Positions 13,930-29,064 of a stretch of DNA of 64,000 nucleotides are shown here, one piece after another; the stretch's first letter is position 1, and the number at the start of each line of letters is the position of its first letter. Origin of the DNA: the human T2T-CHM13v2.0 reference genome, Homo sapiens; NCBI RefSeq assembly GCF_009914755.1, contig NC_060947.1. One strand, 5' to 3'. The translations under genes were made by a program, and so were the position numbers. The notes beneath the pieces were generated by a model. That model saw only the letters and a program-made list of their open reading frames with translations, was not told the origin of the DNA and made no database searches.

Positions 13930-16285
13930 TGTTTTTAGACCATCCTTGCACTGCTATAAGGAAATACCTGAGACTGGGTAATTTATGAAGAGAATAGGCT
14001 TAATGGGTTCATGCTTTCACAGGCTGTACAGGAAGCATGGCTGGAGAGGCCTCAGGAATCTTTCACTCATGGCAGAAGATGAAGGGAAAACAGGCATGCC
14101 TTACATGACCAGAACAGGAGGAAGATTGAGTGGGAAAGGTGCCACACTTTTTAAACAACCAGATCTCTTCAGCACTCACTCACTGTCATGAGAGCAGCAC
14201 TAAGGGGGAAATCCACTTCAATTATCCAATTACCTCCCACCAGGCCTTACCTCCAACATTGGGGATTACAATTCAACATGAGATTTGTGTGGGGACACAG
14301 ATACAAACCATATCATTCTGTCCCTCTCCTCTCCTAAATCTCATGTCCTTCTTACATTGCAAAATAAAATCATCCCTTCTCAACAGTCCCCCAAAGTCTT
14401 AACTCATTCCAACACTAACTCAAAATTCCTCAGTCCAAAATCTCATCTGAGATAAGGCTAGTCCCCGCCACCTATGAACCTATAAAATCAAAAACAGTTT
14501 GTTACTCCCAAGATACAATGGGTGTATAGCCATTGTGTAAATACTCCCATTCCAAAGGGGAAAAATGGCCAAAAGAAGGGTGCAACAAGCCCTATGCAAG
14601 TCTGAAAACCAGCAGTTCAATCATTAAACCTCACAGCTCCAGAACAATTCCTTTGACTCCATGTCTGTCATCCAGGGCACATTGATGCAAGGGGTGGCCT
14701 CCAAAAGTCTTGGGTTGTTCTGCTCCTGTGACTTCATAAGGTTCAGTCCCCACAGCTGCTATCATGGGCAGGCATTTAGTGTCTATGGCTCCTCTAAGTG
14801 CAGGGTTCAACCTGCTGGTGTATTTACCATTCTGGGGTCTGGAGTATGGTGGCCCTCCTCTCCCACCCTCACTAGGAAGTGCCTCAGTGGGGACTGTGTG
14901 GGGGCTCCAATATCACATCTTCTCTGTGCATTGCCATGGAGGAGGTTCTCCATGAGGGCTCCACCCCTGCATCAGGCTTCTGTTTGGACATCCAGGCTTT
15001 TCTGTACATCTTCTGAAATCTTGACAGAGGCTCCCAAGCCTCAACTCTTGCACTCTGTGCACCTGCAGGCTTAACGCTACATGGAAGCTTCCAAGGCTTA
15101 TGACTTGCACCCTCCAAAGCAGCGGCTTCAGCTGTACCTTGGCCCCTTTCAGCCACAGTTGAAGCTCAATTGCTTGGGATGTGGGGAGCACTGTCCCAAG
15201 GCTGCACAAGGCAGTGGGGCCCTGGTCCCAGCACATGAAACCATACTGTCCTCCTAGGCCTCTTGGCCTGTTATGGGAGGGGTTCCTACCCTGGTCTCTG
15301 AAATGCTTTCAAGGTTTTTTCTCCATTGTCTTGGCTATCATCATTTGCCTTCCATTTAGTTATGCAAATTTCCACAGCCTGCTTGAATTCCTCCCTGAAA
15401 ATGAGTTTTTCCTTTCTACAACATGGCTGGGCTGTAAAGTTTACAAACTTTTGCACTGCACTTCCTTTTTAAATATAATTTTTAGTTTTATCTCACTTAT
15501 TTGCTCATGAATATGAGCATAGGTTGCTAAAAACTGGCAAGCCACATCTTGAGTGTTGCTGCTTAGAAATTTCTTCTGCCAGATAACCTAAATCATCACT
15601 CTCAACTTCAAATTTCCAAAGATCCCTAGAGCAGGGGCACAATGAAGCCAACTTATTTTCTAACATATAACAAAAGTAATCTTTTCTCCAGTTCCCAATA
15701 AGTTCCTCATTTCCATCTCAGACCTCATCAGTCTGGCCTTTACTGTCCATATCACTACCAGCATTTTGGTCATAACAAGTCTCTTGGAAGTTCCAAATTT
15801 TTCCTCATCATCCTGTCTTTTTCTGAGCCTTCCAAACTCTTCCAACCTCTGCCCATTACCCAGTTTCAAAGCTGCTTCCACATTTCCAGATATCTTTACA
15901 ACAATGCCCCACTCCTGGTACCAATTTTCTGCATTAGTCTGTTCTTGCACTGCTAAAAAGAAATACCTGAGACTGGGTAATTTATGAAGAAAAGAGGTTT
16001 AATTGGCTCATAGTTCCACAGGCTATACAGGAGGCATGGCTGGGGAGGATTCAGGAAGATTTCAATTATGACAGAACTTGAAGGAAAGCAAGCATGTCTT
16101 ACATTGCTGGAGCAGGAGAAAAAGAGAGAGGAGAGAGGTGCCACACACTTTTTATACAACCAGATCTCATGAGCACTCACTCAATATTATGAGAACCAAT
16201 CACCTCCCACCAGGTCCTACCACCAACATTGGGGATTACAATTCGACATGAGATTTGGGTGGGGACACAGACCAAAACCATGCCA
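13930..16285 (-). mobile_element. Complete MaLR element (MSTA-like): LTR 13930-14315, internal 14316-15929, LTR 15930-16285
   Basis: Two homologous LTRs with tg..ca termini. Internal region starts gaaaattggtacc on the minus strand. 5-bp TSD tctat at 13925-13929 and 16286-16290. Confidence 0.93.
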
Positions 16286-18239
16286 TCTATGATTTTTTTA
16301 ATCAGTATTTTGTAGTTATCCTTGTAGATACCTTTTATATTTTTTGTTATATTTCTAGGTATTTTTTGGTAGCTATTATAAATGGGACTGAGTTCTTAAT
16401 TTTGTTATTTGCTTGAATGTTATTGGTGTATAGAAATGCTACCAATTTTTGTACATTTATTTTGTATCCTGAGACTTTACTGAAGTTGCTAATCAAATCT
16501 CAGAGTCTTCTATAGGAGTCTTTATGGTTTTTTAGGAATACAATTATGTTTTCAGTGAGAAGAGATAATTTGACTTTTTCTTCTATCTGAATGCCCTTTA
16601 TTTCTTTGTCTTGCCTAATTGCTCCAGCTAGGACTTCTGGTACTATGTTGAATAGGAGAGCTGAAGGTAGGCATCTTTGCCTTGTTCTAGTTCTTAGAGG
16701 GAAGGATTTCACAGTTTCTCCAATCAGTATGATGCTAGCTCTCGTTTTTCATATATGGCTTTTATTAATTTGAAGTATGTTCCTTTCATCCCTAGTTTGT
16801 GGAGGGTTTCATTCATGATGGGATGCTTGGCTTAATCAAGTGTTTTTCTGCATCTATTGAGTTGATTATATGCTTTTTAAATTTAATTATATTTATGTGG
16901 TGAATCACATTTATTGGTTTGTGAATATTGAACCGTTCTCCCATTCCTGAGATAAAATCCACTTGATCATATTGCATTATTTTAATGTGCTATTGAATTT
17001 GGTTTGTTAATATTTCGCATCTGTGTTCATCAGAAAGTTTGGCCTATAGTTTTCCTTTTTTTCTTGTCCTTGCATGGCTTTGTTATAGGGATTATGCTAA
17101 TTTCATAGACTGAGTTACAAAGCATTACCTCCTTGATTTGTTAGAACAGTTTCAGGATTGGTATCAGTTCTTCCTTGTACATTTGGTAGAAAGCAGCTAT
17201 CAATGTGTCTGGTCCTGGACATTTTTTTCTTGGGAGGTTTTTTTTTTTAATTACTGATTCAATTTTACTACTCATTATTGGTCTGTTCATTATTTCTATT
17301 TCTGGTTCAATCTTGGGAGGTTGTATGCTTCCAGGAATCTATCCTTTCACTCTAGTTTTTCTAGTTTATGAATGTATAGTTGTTCATAGTAGCCTCTGAT
17401 GATCTTTAGTACTTCTGTGTTGTCAGCTCTAATGTCACCTTATCATTTCTGATTGTGCTTATTTGAATCTTCTCTTTTTTGGTTAATCTAGGTGGCAGTC
17501 TTTTCTTTTATTTTTTCACAGAACCAACTTTTCATTTTGTTGACCCTTTTTTTGTCTTAATTTCATTTAATTCCACTCTAGTCTTTGTTATTTCTTTTCT
17601 TCTGCTAGCTGTGGGTGTGGTTTGTTCTTCTTTTTCTATTTTCTTGAGGTGCAGCATTAGGTTGTTAATTTGAGTCATTTCTATCTTTTAAATGCATGCA
17701 TTTATTGCTATATTATTTCCTCTTAGCACTGCTTTTGTTGATCCCAGAGGTTTTGGCATGTTGTATTCTTATTTGTGTTCCTTTCTAAAAAAAAAATTAT
17801 ATCCGCCTTAATTTCATTGTTGACTCAATGATTATTCATGAGAAGGTTGTTAAATTTTCATGTATTTGTATATTTTTGAGAGTTCCTCTTGGAATTTATT
17901 TCTAGTTATATTCCATTATGGTCCAAGAGGATTCACAGTATCATTTCAATTTTTAAAATAAAATTTATTGAGACTTATTGTGGCTAGGCCCGTATCTTCT
18001 AGAGTCCAATTAAAGTCCAGTGTTTCTCTGTTGATATTCTGCCTCAATTATCTGTCTATTGCTGTCAGTGTGGTCAGTGTGGTTTGAAGTCTCCCACTAT
18101 TTTTATATTACTATCAATCTGTTTTCTGAGGTCTAGTAGAATGTTTTTAATGAGTCTGGGTGCTCTGGTTTTTTAGTAGCTTGCTATATAATCTTGTTAT
18201 ATAAGAAGAGTTGAATCAATCTCTTTATATAATGACCTG

Positions 18240-20053
18240 TGTCTTAGTTCATTTTACATTGCTGTAAAAGAATACCAGTGGTTGGGTAATTTATAAAGGA
18301 GCTTCCTGAATTTTTGATTTTTTTTATTTAAGCTATCTATTTTGTTGAATAATTTTTTCCTTTATTTCTTGTATCTTTTTTTGGATTTCCTTGCATTGGG
18401 CTTCACCTTTCTCTGGTCCCTCCCTTATTAGCTTAATAACTAACCTCCTGAATACTTTTTCAGGCAAGTCAGGAATTTCTTCTTGGTTTGGATCCATTGT
18501 TGGTGAACTAGTGTGATTTTTGGGGGGTGTTTTTGAGCCTTGTTTTGTCATATTACCAGGGATGCTTTTCTGGTTCCTTCCCATTTGGGTAGGTTCTGTC
18601 AAAGGGAAGATCTAGGGCTGAAGGCTGCTGTTCAGGTTTTTTTTTTTTTTTGTCCCACAGGGTGTTCCCTTGATGTAGTACTTGCCCCCTTTTCCTGTGG
18701 TTGTGGCTTCCTGTGAGCTGAACTGCAGTGATTGTTGTCTCTCTTCTGGATTTAGCCACCCAGTGAGTCTACCCAGCTCCTGGCTGGTGCTGGGGGTTTC
18801 TACACAAAGTCCTGTGATGTGAACCATGTATGGGTCTCTCAGTCATGGATACCAGTGCCTGTTCTGGTGGAGGTGGCAGAGGGTGCAATGGACTCCATGA
18901 GGGTTTTTAGCTTTGGTGGTTTGATGCTCTATTTTTGTGCTGATTGACCTCCTGCCAGGAGGTGGCACTTTCCAGAAAGCATCAACTGTAGTAGTGTGGA
19001 GAGAGACTGGCAGTGGGTGGGGCCCTAGATCTCCCAAGATTGTATGTCCTTTGTCTTCCACTAGCAGGGTGGGTAGGGAAAGACCATCAGGTGGGGATGG
19101 GGTTACGTGTGTCTGAGCTCAGACTCTCTTTGGGTGGGTTTTGCTGCAGCTGCTGTTGGGGATGGGGTGAGATTCCCAGGTCACTGTAGTTGTGTACCTA
19201 GGAGGATTATGAATGCCTCTGCTGAGTCATGCAGGTTGTCAGGGAAATGGGGAAAAGCCAGCAATCATAGGCCTTACCCAGCTCCCACACAAACTGAAGG
19301 GCTGGTCTTACTAACACCATGTCACCCACAACAGCCCTGAGTCTGTTTCCAGGTGGAGGTTGGGCTTGAAAACTTGCCGGAGGCTTTCTGCCCCCAGCTG
19401 TGAAAGAAAAGGACTTTAGTTCTTACCCCGCCTGTGAAGTCTGCAAGCAGAATTCGCACCCTTTCCCAAGGTCTGGCCAGGAGGCTTCTCGCCCCACTCC
19501 AATTGTTACAAAGTTGAGCTAAGGAAGTCCTTCTCACTGGTGAGGTTTTATTGCCTGCTCCTCTGGCCTCCCTCCTGATGGATCCCTGTGATGCCAAGCA
19601 ATAATGTGCTGCCTGGATTCAGTGAGCTCCCAGGGACTCACTGCTGCCTCCTCCACCCCTGTATTTCGCTAGGCTGGGCTCTCTAACTTGACTCAGCTCC
19701 AGGTAACGTCAAGAACTTCTCCAAACAGAACTTCAGCTTCTCTAGTGGGGGTGTGTGTTCAAAAAACGGGGGTCTCCCATTCCCACTTCCACAGCTGGGG
19801 CACTATCAGTATTTGAGATGTCTCCTGGGTCCTGCAGGAGCAGTCTGCTGCCTTCAGAGGGTCTGTGGTTACTCTCAGGATTGCTGGTTTGTTCTTGCAG
19901 TCGATCTGGAGCTAAAATTCACAGTGCAAGCCTTTGCAATGCTGCTCTATCTGGAGCTGCAATCTAGTCCTACCTCCTGTCTGCCATTATCTGCAGAAGC
20001 TCCAGGACTACATTACAATGTGACATTTGGAGGGGACAAATATCCGAATGATA
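18240..20053 (-). mobile_element. Split MST-type LTR: termini only (~18240-18300 and ~20000-20053)
   Basis: tgtcttagttcattttacattgctgtaaaagaatacc..gggtaatttataaag and acaatgtgacatttggaggggacaaatatcc match the two ends of the MST LTRs seen at 13930 and 15930. Confidence 0.7.
18301..19999 (-). mobile_element. L1PB(a)-type 5' UTR plus start of ORF1, 3'-truncated
   Basis: ORF 18333-18602 (MGRNQK..GNMTKQGS..DPNQEEIPDLPEK.FRRLVIKL) is the ORF1p N-terminus. Minus-strand start gataatggcagacaggaggtaggactagattgcagctcc. Confidence 0.88.
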
Positions 20054-23000
20054 AAAACCATTTTTTTAACTTTTGTTGATTTAACGTCTGTTTTATCAAA
20101 TATAAGCATAGCTACTTCTTCTTGCTTTTTGTTTCTATTTGTGTGGAATATATTTTTGACCCTTTAAATTTGTGTCTGCAGTGTCTTTACCAGTTAGCTG
20201 AGTTTTTTATAAGCAGTATATACTTGGATTCTGTTTTTTTGTTTTTTTTTTAAATCCATTTCATCAATCTGTGCTTTTCAGTGGAGCATTTAACACACTT
20301 ACATTCAAAGTTAATATTGAAATGTGAGGTTTTGTTCCTGTCTTAATGTTAATTTTTACCTTGTTCCTTTGTAGTCTCAATTGTGTAATTGTTTTATAAT
20401 ATCTGTTAGTTTTAAACTTTTGTATGTTTTGATGATTGTGGGTAGTGACCTTTCACTACAATGTTTAGAAGTCCCTTGAGCATTTCTTGTAAGACTGGTC
20501 TAGTTGTAATGAACTCCTTTAGTGTTTGCTTAAGTGGAAAAGGTTTTATTTCTCTTTTATTTATAAAGCTTAGTTTAGCTGAAACAATATTCTTGGCTGA
20601 AATTTTTTCTTTTAGAACGCTGGAAGTAGAAACCCAGTCTCTTCTGTTTTTCTTTTAGGTTTTTGCTGAGAAATCCACTGTCAGTCTGATAAGACTTCCT
20701 TCATTGGTGATTAGACACTTCTTTCTTGCTGCTTTTGGATTTTTTTTTCCTTCACATTGATTTTGGGTAGAATGAAGGCAATATACCTTGATGAGGTTCT
20801 TCTTGCAATATATCTTCCAGGAGTTCAGGTGTTCTCTGAGCTTCTTGCATCTGGAATTCTAAAACTCTGGCAAGACCAGGGAAATTTTCTTGAATTATTT
20901 CCTTCAATAGGTTTTTTATACTTTTTATTTTTTTCTCCCTATGGAATACCTGTAAATCATACTTTGGATACTTTGCATAATCCCGTATTTCACAAATGCT
21001 TTGTTCATTTTTAAAAATTGTTTTTCTTTATTTTTATCTGACTGGGTTAATTCAAAACACCTGTCTTCCAGCTCTGAAATTCCTTCATCTGTTTAGTCTA
21101 GCATATTTTTAAAGCTTTAACATGTGTTTTATAATTTCTTCAAAATTTTTTTGTTTCTATAAATTCTGTTTTCATTTAAAAATATTTATGTCTTCTTTCA
21201 TATTCTGAATTGTTATTCTGATTTCTTTGTGTTGGTTTTTAACTTTCTCTTGGATCTCACTGAGTTTCCTTCCAATCCATATTTTGAATTCTTTATCTCT
21301 TATTTCAGAATTCTCATTTTGATTAGATCTATTGCTAGAGAGGTGGTGATGCTTTGTGGGGATCATAACACTATGTTTTTTCATACTGCCAGAGTTCTTA
21401 CACTGGTTCCTTCTCACTGTAAAAGCTGTCTCTTCTTATTTTTTAATTTACTTTCATTTCCCTGGAATATGTGACTATAATGTTTGTTGTGCATGGTCAT
21501 TTGGCTTCACTCATTATAGATAGGTGTTGTGGAGTGGCTTTCTCAAATGTTTCATGTACTAGTGATTTACTGGGCATATGAGCAGGCACGCTGACTTCTG
21601 AAGTACCAGGATTGTGGAGGTCTCAGAAAGCTTCTTTCTTTCCTTAGTACTGTGTGCTTGTGTCAGCAGGTTTTGTATTGGGTTGTGCAGTTTAATTTGT
21701 AGGCCAGTAGGTGGCGCCCATGGTAAACGCCACCTGCAGCTGAAACAGATGGGTATGTGTTTGATCTTTGTTTATTGGGAGGTGCGCTGTTGTTTCAGGT
21801 GATGGGTGCTGGGCGGGTCTGTGGAATGCTCTGGTGCCCTGAGTTCTTGTCCCCTCACACCTCAGGATGGGCTTGAGAGACAAAGATAGAGCTGGACTAC
21901 CATGCTTGCCCACAAATACGCCAATGACAAGCAGCGTAGGCACCAACCCTGATGGGGGTGGCAGTGGAAGTTATTTTTGAAATGTACCAAGGTCTCCACA
22001 CAGTGGGAGGGTGGGCACCAGCTTAACATCCAAGGGAAGAAGGGATAAGATCTGTTTTTCTATCCTACCTCTGTCCCAGGAATCATGACTCTTAATTCAG
22101 TCAGACACTGTAGTCTATCTCTAGGCCACAATGCAGCTAATAGCCACAGAAAATGATTGTCTCACAGTTCTTCATGGAAATGGCTTCAGGGAGAATCCTC
22201 TTTCCTAAGCATAATACAAATATCTTTGTGGGTCACCTTTTCTCCAATGCAGGAACACTGCTGCTTTGTGTAGAGACAGAAAAAGGCTGTACATTTTGGC
22301 ACATGCGGGTTGGTGCCAGCTGTGATGGTGTTGGCTGTTTGGGTCAGTCTGACCTCAGATGTTTGGGGGAGTGATCAGGTGCCAGTGGTGATAAAGTGGT
22401 CTAGGCAATCCCTCAGTCTCCAGGCCCCCAAATAGTATGTTCTGTCCCAGAGGGACTAGATCAGGGACTGGACTAGTAGACTTTTCTTCACGTGCTGATT
22501 GTAATAGGGACAGGTGGACTGGTTGCCAAGATACCAGTAGAATGCTCAGGCAGGAGAAGAGTAGCTGCACTGCAGGCTCACCACCAGGGAAGGCAGACCC
22601 CTCTCACTCAGAGCTATACAGGCAGGCAGCTGTGCAGAGGCATGACTTGCTCACACCTCTGTCTGGCCGCAGTGGTGACAGTATCTGTCCCTGGTGTGTG
22701 TGTGAAGGTGCCTGGTCTCCCCACTCCCCTCCAAGCCCACTGGTGACAGCAGTGGCAGTGTCAGCAGCAGCCCCAGGGCAGAACACAGGCAGATGGGACT
22801 GTCAGGGTGGTGCTGGGCAGCAGCTGTTCAGGGCTTAAGAGTTATAGGACTCTAAGTGAATTCAAACAATTACTATGTGCAACTTACAGGCAGCTTCCCA
22901 TGTTTATCTGGAGGCCTGTGGGAGTCAAAAAGCTCTCCGGTAATTATGATTATAAAACTTCATGGCAAAAGTGTGGAGCACTGAGTGTGAGCACCCCTTC

Positions 23001-23351
23001 TCAATGTCAGGGAATCTCGCCTGGCTCCATATCAATCCCAGCTCAGCAGTTTGCCTGGTTTTACTCTCCTTTGCTTTCTGTAATTCCCATTGCTTTCCCT
23101 GGTGGATTCCAGTGTTCTCTCTTAGATAATCAATTATAAGTGTGAATATTTACTCACTATATTGATTCCTCTCCATGCAAGAGGTGTCCACTAGCTGCAT
23201 CTAGTCATCTATCTTGAATCAAAGCACTATTGTGATTTTAATTTGCATTTTCCTAATGGCTAATGATGTTGATTCCTTTTTTTCATCCCTTTATCTGTCA
23301 TCCATATATCTTCTTCAATTGAAATGTTTCTTCATGTCATTTTTCCATTCA

Positions 23352-24898
<1,547 letters not shown>

Positions 24899-27797
24899 TT
24901 ATTAGATTGTTTTGGTTAAGTTTTTAGAGATTTTTAGAAAACATATTCTACTTAATAGACCTTTTGTGAAACATGAGGTTTGCAAAATATTAGTTCCCAA
25001 AATATAGCTTGTCATTTCATCCTATTATCAGGGTCTTTTGTAGACTAAAGTTTTATTTTTTATTTTGATGAAGTTCAATTTATGTATATTTATTTCTCCT
25101 AAGGACAATGCTTTTGGTGAAAAGACTAAGAAACCTTTACTTAGTCTTAGATTCTAAAAATTTTCTATTTGTTTCAAAAAGTTTTATATTTGTATATTTT
25201 TATTTAAATCTACTATGAATTTTGATTTAATTTTGTATAATGTGTGAGATGTAGGTGGAGGTTCTTTTTATTTTTTTCTCTTCTTTATTTCTTATTTTTA
25301 CATATGAGTTTTTTTTGTTTGTTTGTTTTGCCTATACGTGTCTAGTTGTTCTGGCTCCATTTGTTGAAAAGGCTATCATGCCCCCATTGAATTGTTTTTA
25401 CACCTTTGTCAAAAATCAGTTGAACATGTATGTGTGGTTCTATTTCCAGATTCTCTATTCTATTCCAGTGATCTGTGTGTCTATCCCTCCACCAATACCA
25501 ACAGTCTTTGGTACTGTAGCTACATAAGTCTTGAAATCAGGTGAGTGGGTCCTTCTTACTTTATTCTTTCTTTTCAAATTGTTCTTGCTATTCTAGTTCC
25601 TTTGATTTTCCACATAAATATTAGAATAATTTCATCTATACTATGAAGATTTTGCTGGAATTTTGATAGGCATGTTATTAGACCTGTAAGTAAACTTGGG
25701 GCAAATTAACATCTTTATTATTTTAGTTTTTAAATCCATAAACACCATATTTCTCTTAATTTATTTGATCTTTTTATTTCTTTTATTGGTCTTTTGTAGT
25801 TTTCAGCATACACACTTGTACATGTTGTTAGATTTCCAACTCAGTATTTCAACTTTTGAGAGATTGTAAGTGGTATTATACTTCTAATTATGATGTCCAT
25901 ATGTTTATTGGTTGTATATAGAATAGAAATGCAATGGATTTTTATATGTTGATCTTGTGTCTGCCATAGTGCTACTCATTTACTAGTTCCAAGAGGAGTA
26001 TTTTTTTTTTTTGCAGATTCCTTAGGATTTTCCATGAAAACAATAACGTCACCTTCAAATTGACAGTTTTATGTTCTTTTTCTTGTTTTATTTCACTGAT
26101 TAAAACTTCCTTCATTATGTTGAATAACAACAGTGAGAGTGAACACATAGAAATCCTTGTCTTGATCCCAATCTTAGGAAGTATGTTATAGTTTTTGTAG
26201 ATACTCTTTATCAGATGAAGAAAGTTCTCCTCTATTCCTATTTTTCTGATAATTTTATTCATAAAAATGTATTAAATTTTGTCAAATTTTTCTTTGCATC
26301 AGTTTATATTATCATGTGATTTTTCTTCTTTTGCTTGTTAAAATGGTGAATTACTTTGATTGATTTTTGAACATTGAACCAGCCTGGCACTCACAAAATA
26401 ATCCTCACTTGGTCATGCTATGTAATTATTTGTATACATTGCCAAATTTTGTTAATATTTGGTTAAGGAATTTTGCTTCAATCTTCATGTAGTTTTGGTA
26501 TTTTGGATCTTATTTTCAACTATAAATTTTATAGTTTTCTCTTTTTTTGTATTACCTTTGTCTGCTTTTGGTAGCAAAATAATTCTACCTTCATAAAAGA
26601 AAGTGAGTAGTGTTTTTTAAATTATGTGGTTAATTCACTGAATAGTTATAAAACTGTTGAGATTATCTATTACATATTGAGTGGGTTGTGGTAGTTTGTG
26701 CTCTTCAAGAACTTCGTCCATTTCATCAAAATTGTCAAGTTTGTGTGTGTAGAGTCGTTTTTAGTAGTCCTTACTATTCCGATGCCTGCAGGGTATGTAT
26801 TTATATTCCCTCTATCACTGTTAATGTTGATAATTTGTGTTTTCACTTTTTTCTCTTTGGTAGCCTTGCTAGAAGTGAATCAATTTTATTTGTCATTTCA
26901 AAAAATATACTATTCTTTTCATTGATTTTATCTATTGTTTCCCTGATCCAATTTTATTGATTTCTACACTTATTTTTATTATTTTTCTGTCTGCTTGGTT
27001 TTATCTTATTATGCTCTGCTTTCTACAGGTTATTTGGGTGGAAGCTTATTGATTTGAGACTTCCTCTATTTTAAGGTATGCATTCAATGCTATTCATTCC
27101 TCTCTAAATATTGCTTTGTGTCCCACAAATTTTGTGCTACATTTTTTAAAATTAAGTTTACCGAATATTTGTATTACATTTGAGACTTTTGTTGGGCCCA
27201 TAAACTGCTTAGAAATGTGCTGTTTTCTTTGCAAGTGTTTGTATATTTTTCTGTTATATTGCTCTTGTTGAGTTCTAGTTTGATTTCACTGTGGTCAGAG
27301 AACACTCTCTGTATGATTTAATTTTTTAAAATGCGTTGAGTTTGTTTCATAGATCAATATATAATCTATTTTGGTATATGTTCTGTGAACACTTGAAAAG
27401 AATGTTGTATAAATGTAGATTAAATCATGTTGGTTGATGGTGTTTGTGAGTTCTTTTATAATGCTGCAAATTTTCTTTTTAGTTGTTTTCTTAATTATTG
27501 AGAGATATATGTTGAAATATCCAACTAAAATCATACTGTAATTATGAATTTTTCTATTTCACTATTGAATTCTATTAATTTTTGCTCCACATATTTTTTA
27601 TCTGTTTTACTAGGTGCGTACACATTTAGGATTGCTATGTCTTCTTGGTGGATTTCTTAATTGTGGTGTAATGTCCTTTCTATTTCTTTGCTCTGGAGTC
27701 TATTTTACCTGATATTAATATAGCCATTCCTGCTTTCATTACTTTATAAATAATATATCTTTTTTTCTATCATTTTACTTTCAATCAGTCTACGTTA

Positions 27798-28327
27798 TTC
27801 CCATTTGGAATGGCTGTATTTACCCAATGCCTGTACCCCCATTGTATCTAGGAAGTAACTAACTTGCTTTTGATTTTACAGGCTCATAGATGGAAGGGAC
27901 TTTCTTTGTCTCAGGTGAGACTTTGGACTGTCGACTTTTGAGCTAATGCTGAAATGAGTTAAGACTTTCTGGGACTATTGGGAACTTGTGATTGGTTTTG
28001 AAATGTGAGGACATGAGATTTGGGAGGAACCAGAGGTGGAATTATGTGATTTGGCTATGTCCCCACCTAAATCTCATCTCGAATTGTAACTCCCACAATT
28101 CCCATGTTCCATGGGAGGAACCCAGTTGGAGGTAATTGAATCATGGGGGCGGTTCTTTCCTATGCTACTCTCCTGATAGTGCATAAGTCTCACGAGATCT
28201 GATGGTTTTAAAAATGGGAGTTTCCCTGCACAAGCTTCTCTCTTTGCCTACTGCCATCCATGTAAGATGTGAGTTGCTTCTCCTTGCCTTCTGCCACCCC
28301 AGCCACATGGAACTGTAAGTCCATTAA

Positions 28328-28358
<31 letters not shown>

Positions 28359-28414
28359 TGTAAATTGCCCAGTCGAGTGTGTCCTTATCAGCAGCATGAA
28401 AATGGACTAATACA
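27798..28414 (+). mobile_element. THE1 MaLR: 3' end of internal region plus 3' LTR (~28042-28414); 5' part missing
   Basis: cccatttggaatggctgtatttacccaatgcctgtacccccattgtatctagg (THE1-int). LTR ..ttggctatgtccccacctaaatctcatc..aatggactaataca. Confidence 0.9.
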
Positions 28415-28563
28415 ATGACTTAACAAACTATCTTGGTTGGGTTACTAATTCATGGTGTTTGTCAAATACAAATAATCAAAGTAAGGTGAAACTTTTAAAG
28501 CTGCTATATTATCAGAGAATTCTCAAACTTTGTAAGTAACCTGTACTTATTCAATCCCTAAAC

Positions 28564-28737
28564 CAGTAGATTTCAGATTTGAGCATGCATCAAAATTACC
28601 TTGTTAAACTACGGATCCCTATATACCAGAGTTTCTGATTCAATAGATCTGAAGTAGGCTCAAGAATCTGCATTTCTAACAAGTTCCCAGATGATACTGG
28701 TGCTGCTTGTCCAGGGGCTACACTTCGAGAACCACTG
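28564..28737. mobile_element. MER5A hAT-Charlie MITE
   Basis: cagagtttctgattca..caagaatctgcatttctaacaagttcccagatgatactggtgctgct..cacttcgagaaccactg. Confidence 0.88.
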
Positions 28738-29064
28738 GCCTAAGTCAATCTCTAGTTCCTAGAGGCACCGAGAGAAAGCAGGCTGCTAATGAGAGCAGCT
28801 TTATTAAGATAATCCAAATGCCTATCTCAGATGTGGCCATGGAGGACAATGAACATACTCCAAGGTAGCAAAACCAGAGGCTCACAGGTTGGGTGACTGA
28901 GGGTCTCATTCCTATTGCTAGGGCAATACATCCTATTCCAGTCCAGAAGTGTGTCATGTTTTATGGACTGAGGACCATAGAGTGTTATTTCCCATTGTCT
29001 CATAATCCAAATGAGAAATTTTATTGCAATAATTTTGTTCTCTCTCCACCGCTGCACGTTGAGG

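Larger units (their letters stand above)
12197..23228 (-). mobile_element. Originally full-length L1PB-type LINE-1, expanded to 11 kb by nested insertions
   Basis: 3' UTR at 12200, ORF2 remnants (12454-12648, 16500-16712), ORF1 remnant 21172-21417, GC-richer 5' UTR to ~23220. TSD attgtgatttt at 12186-12196 and 23229-23239, followed by aa (TTTT/AA endonuclease site). Confidence 0.85.

Noticed and set aside
14661-15987. Cluster of overlapping ORFs up to 137 aa
   Set aside because: GC-richer MaLR internal sequence, fragmented, with no continuous frame.
21600-23140. GC-richer ORF-dense block resembling a promoter or gene
   Set aside because: It is the 5' UTR of the minus-strand L1PB and is CpG-depleted.
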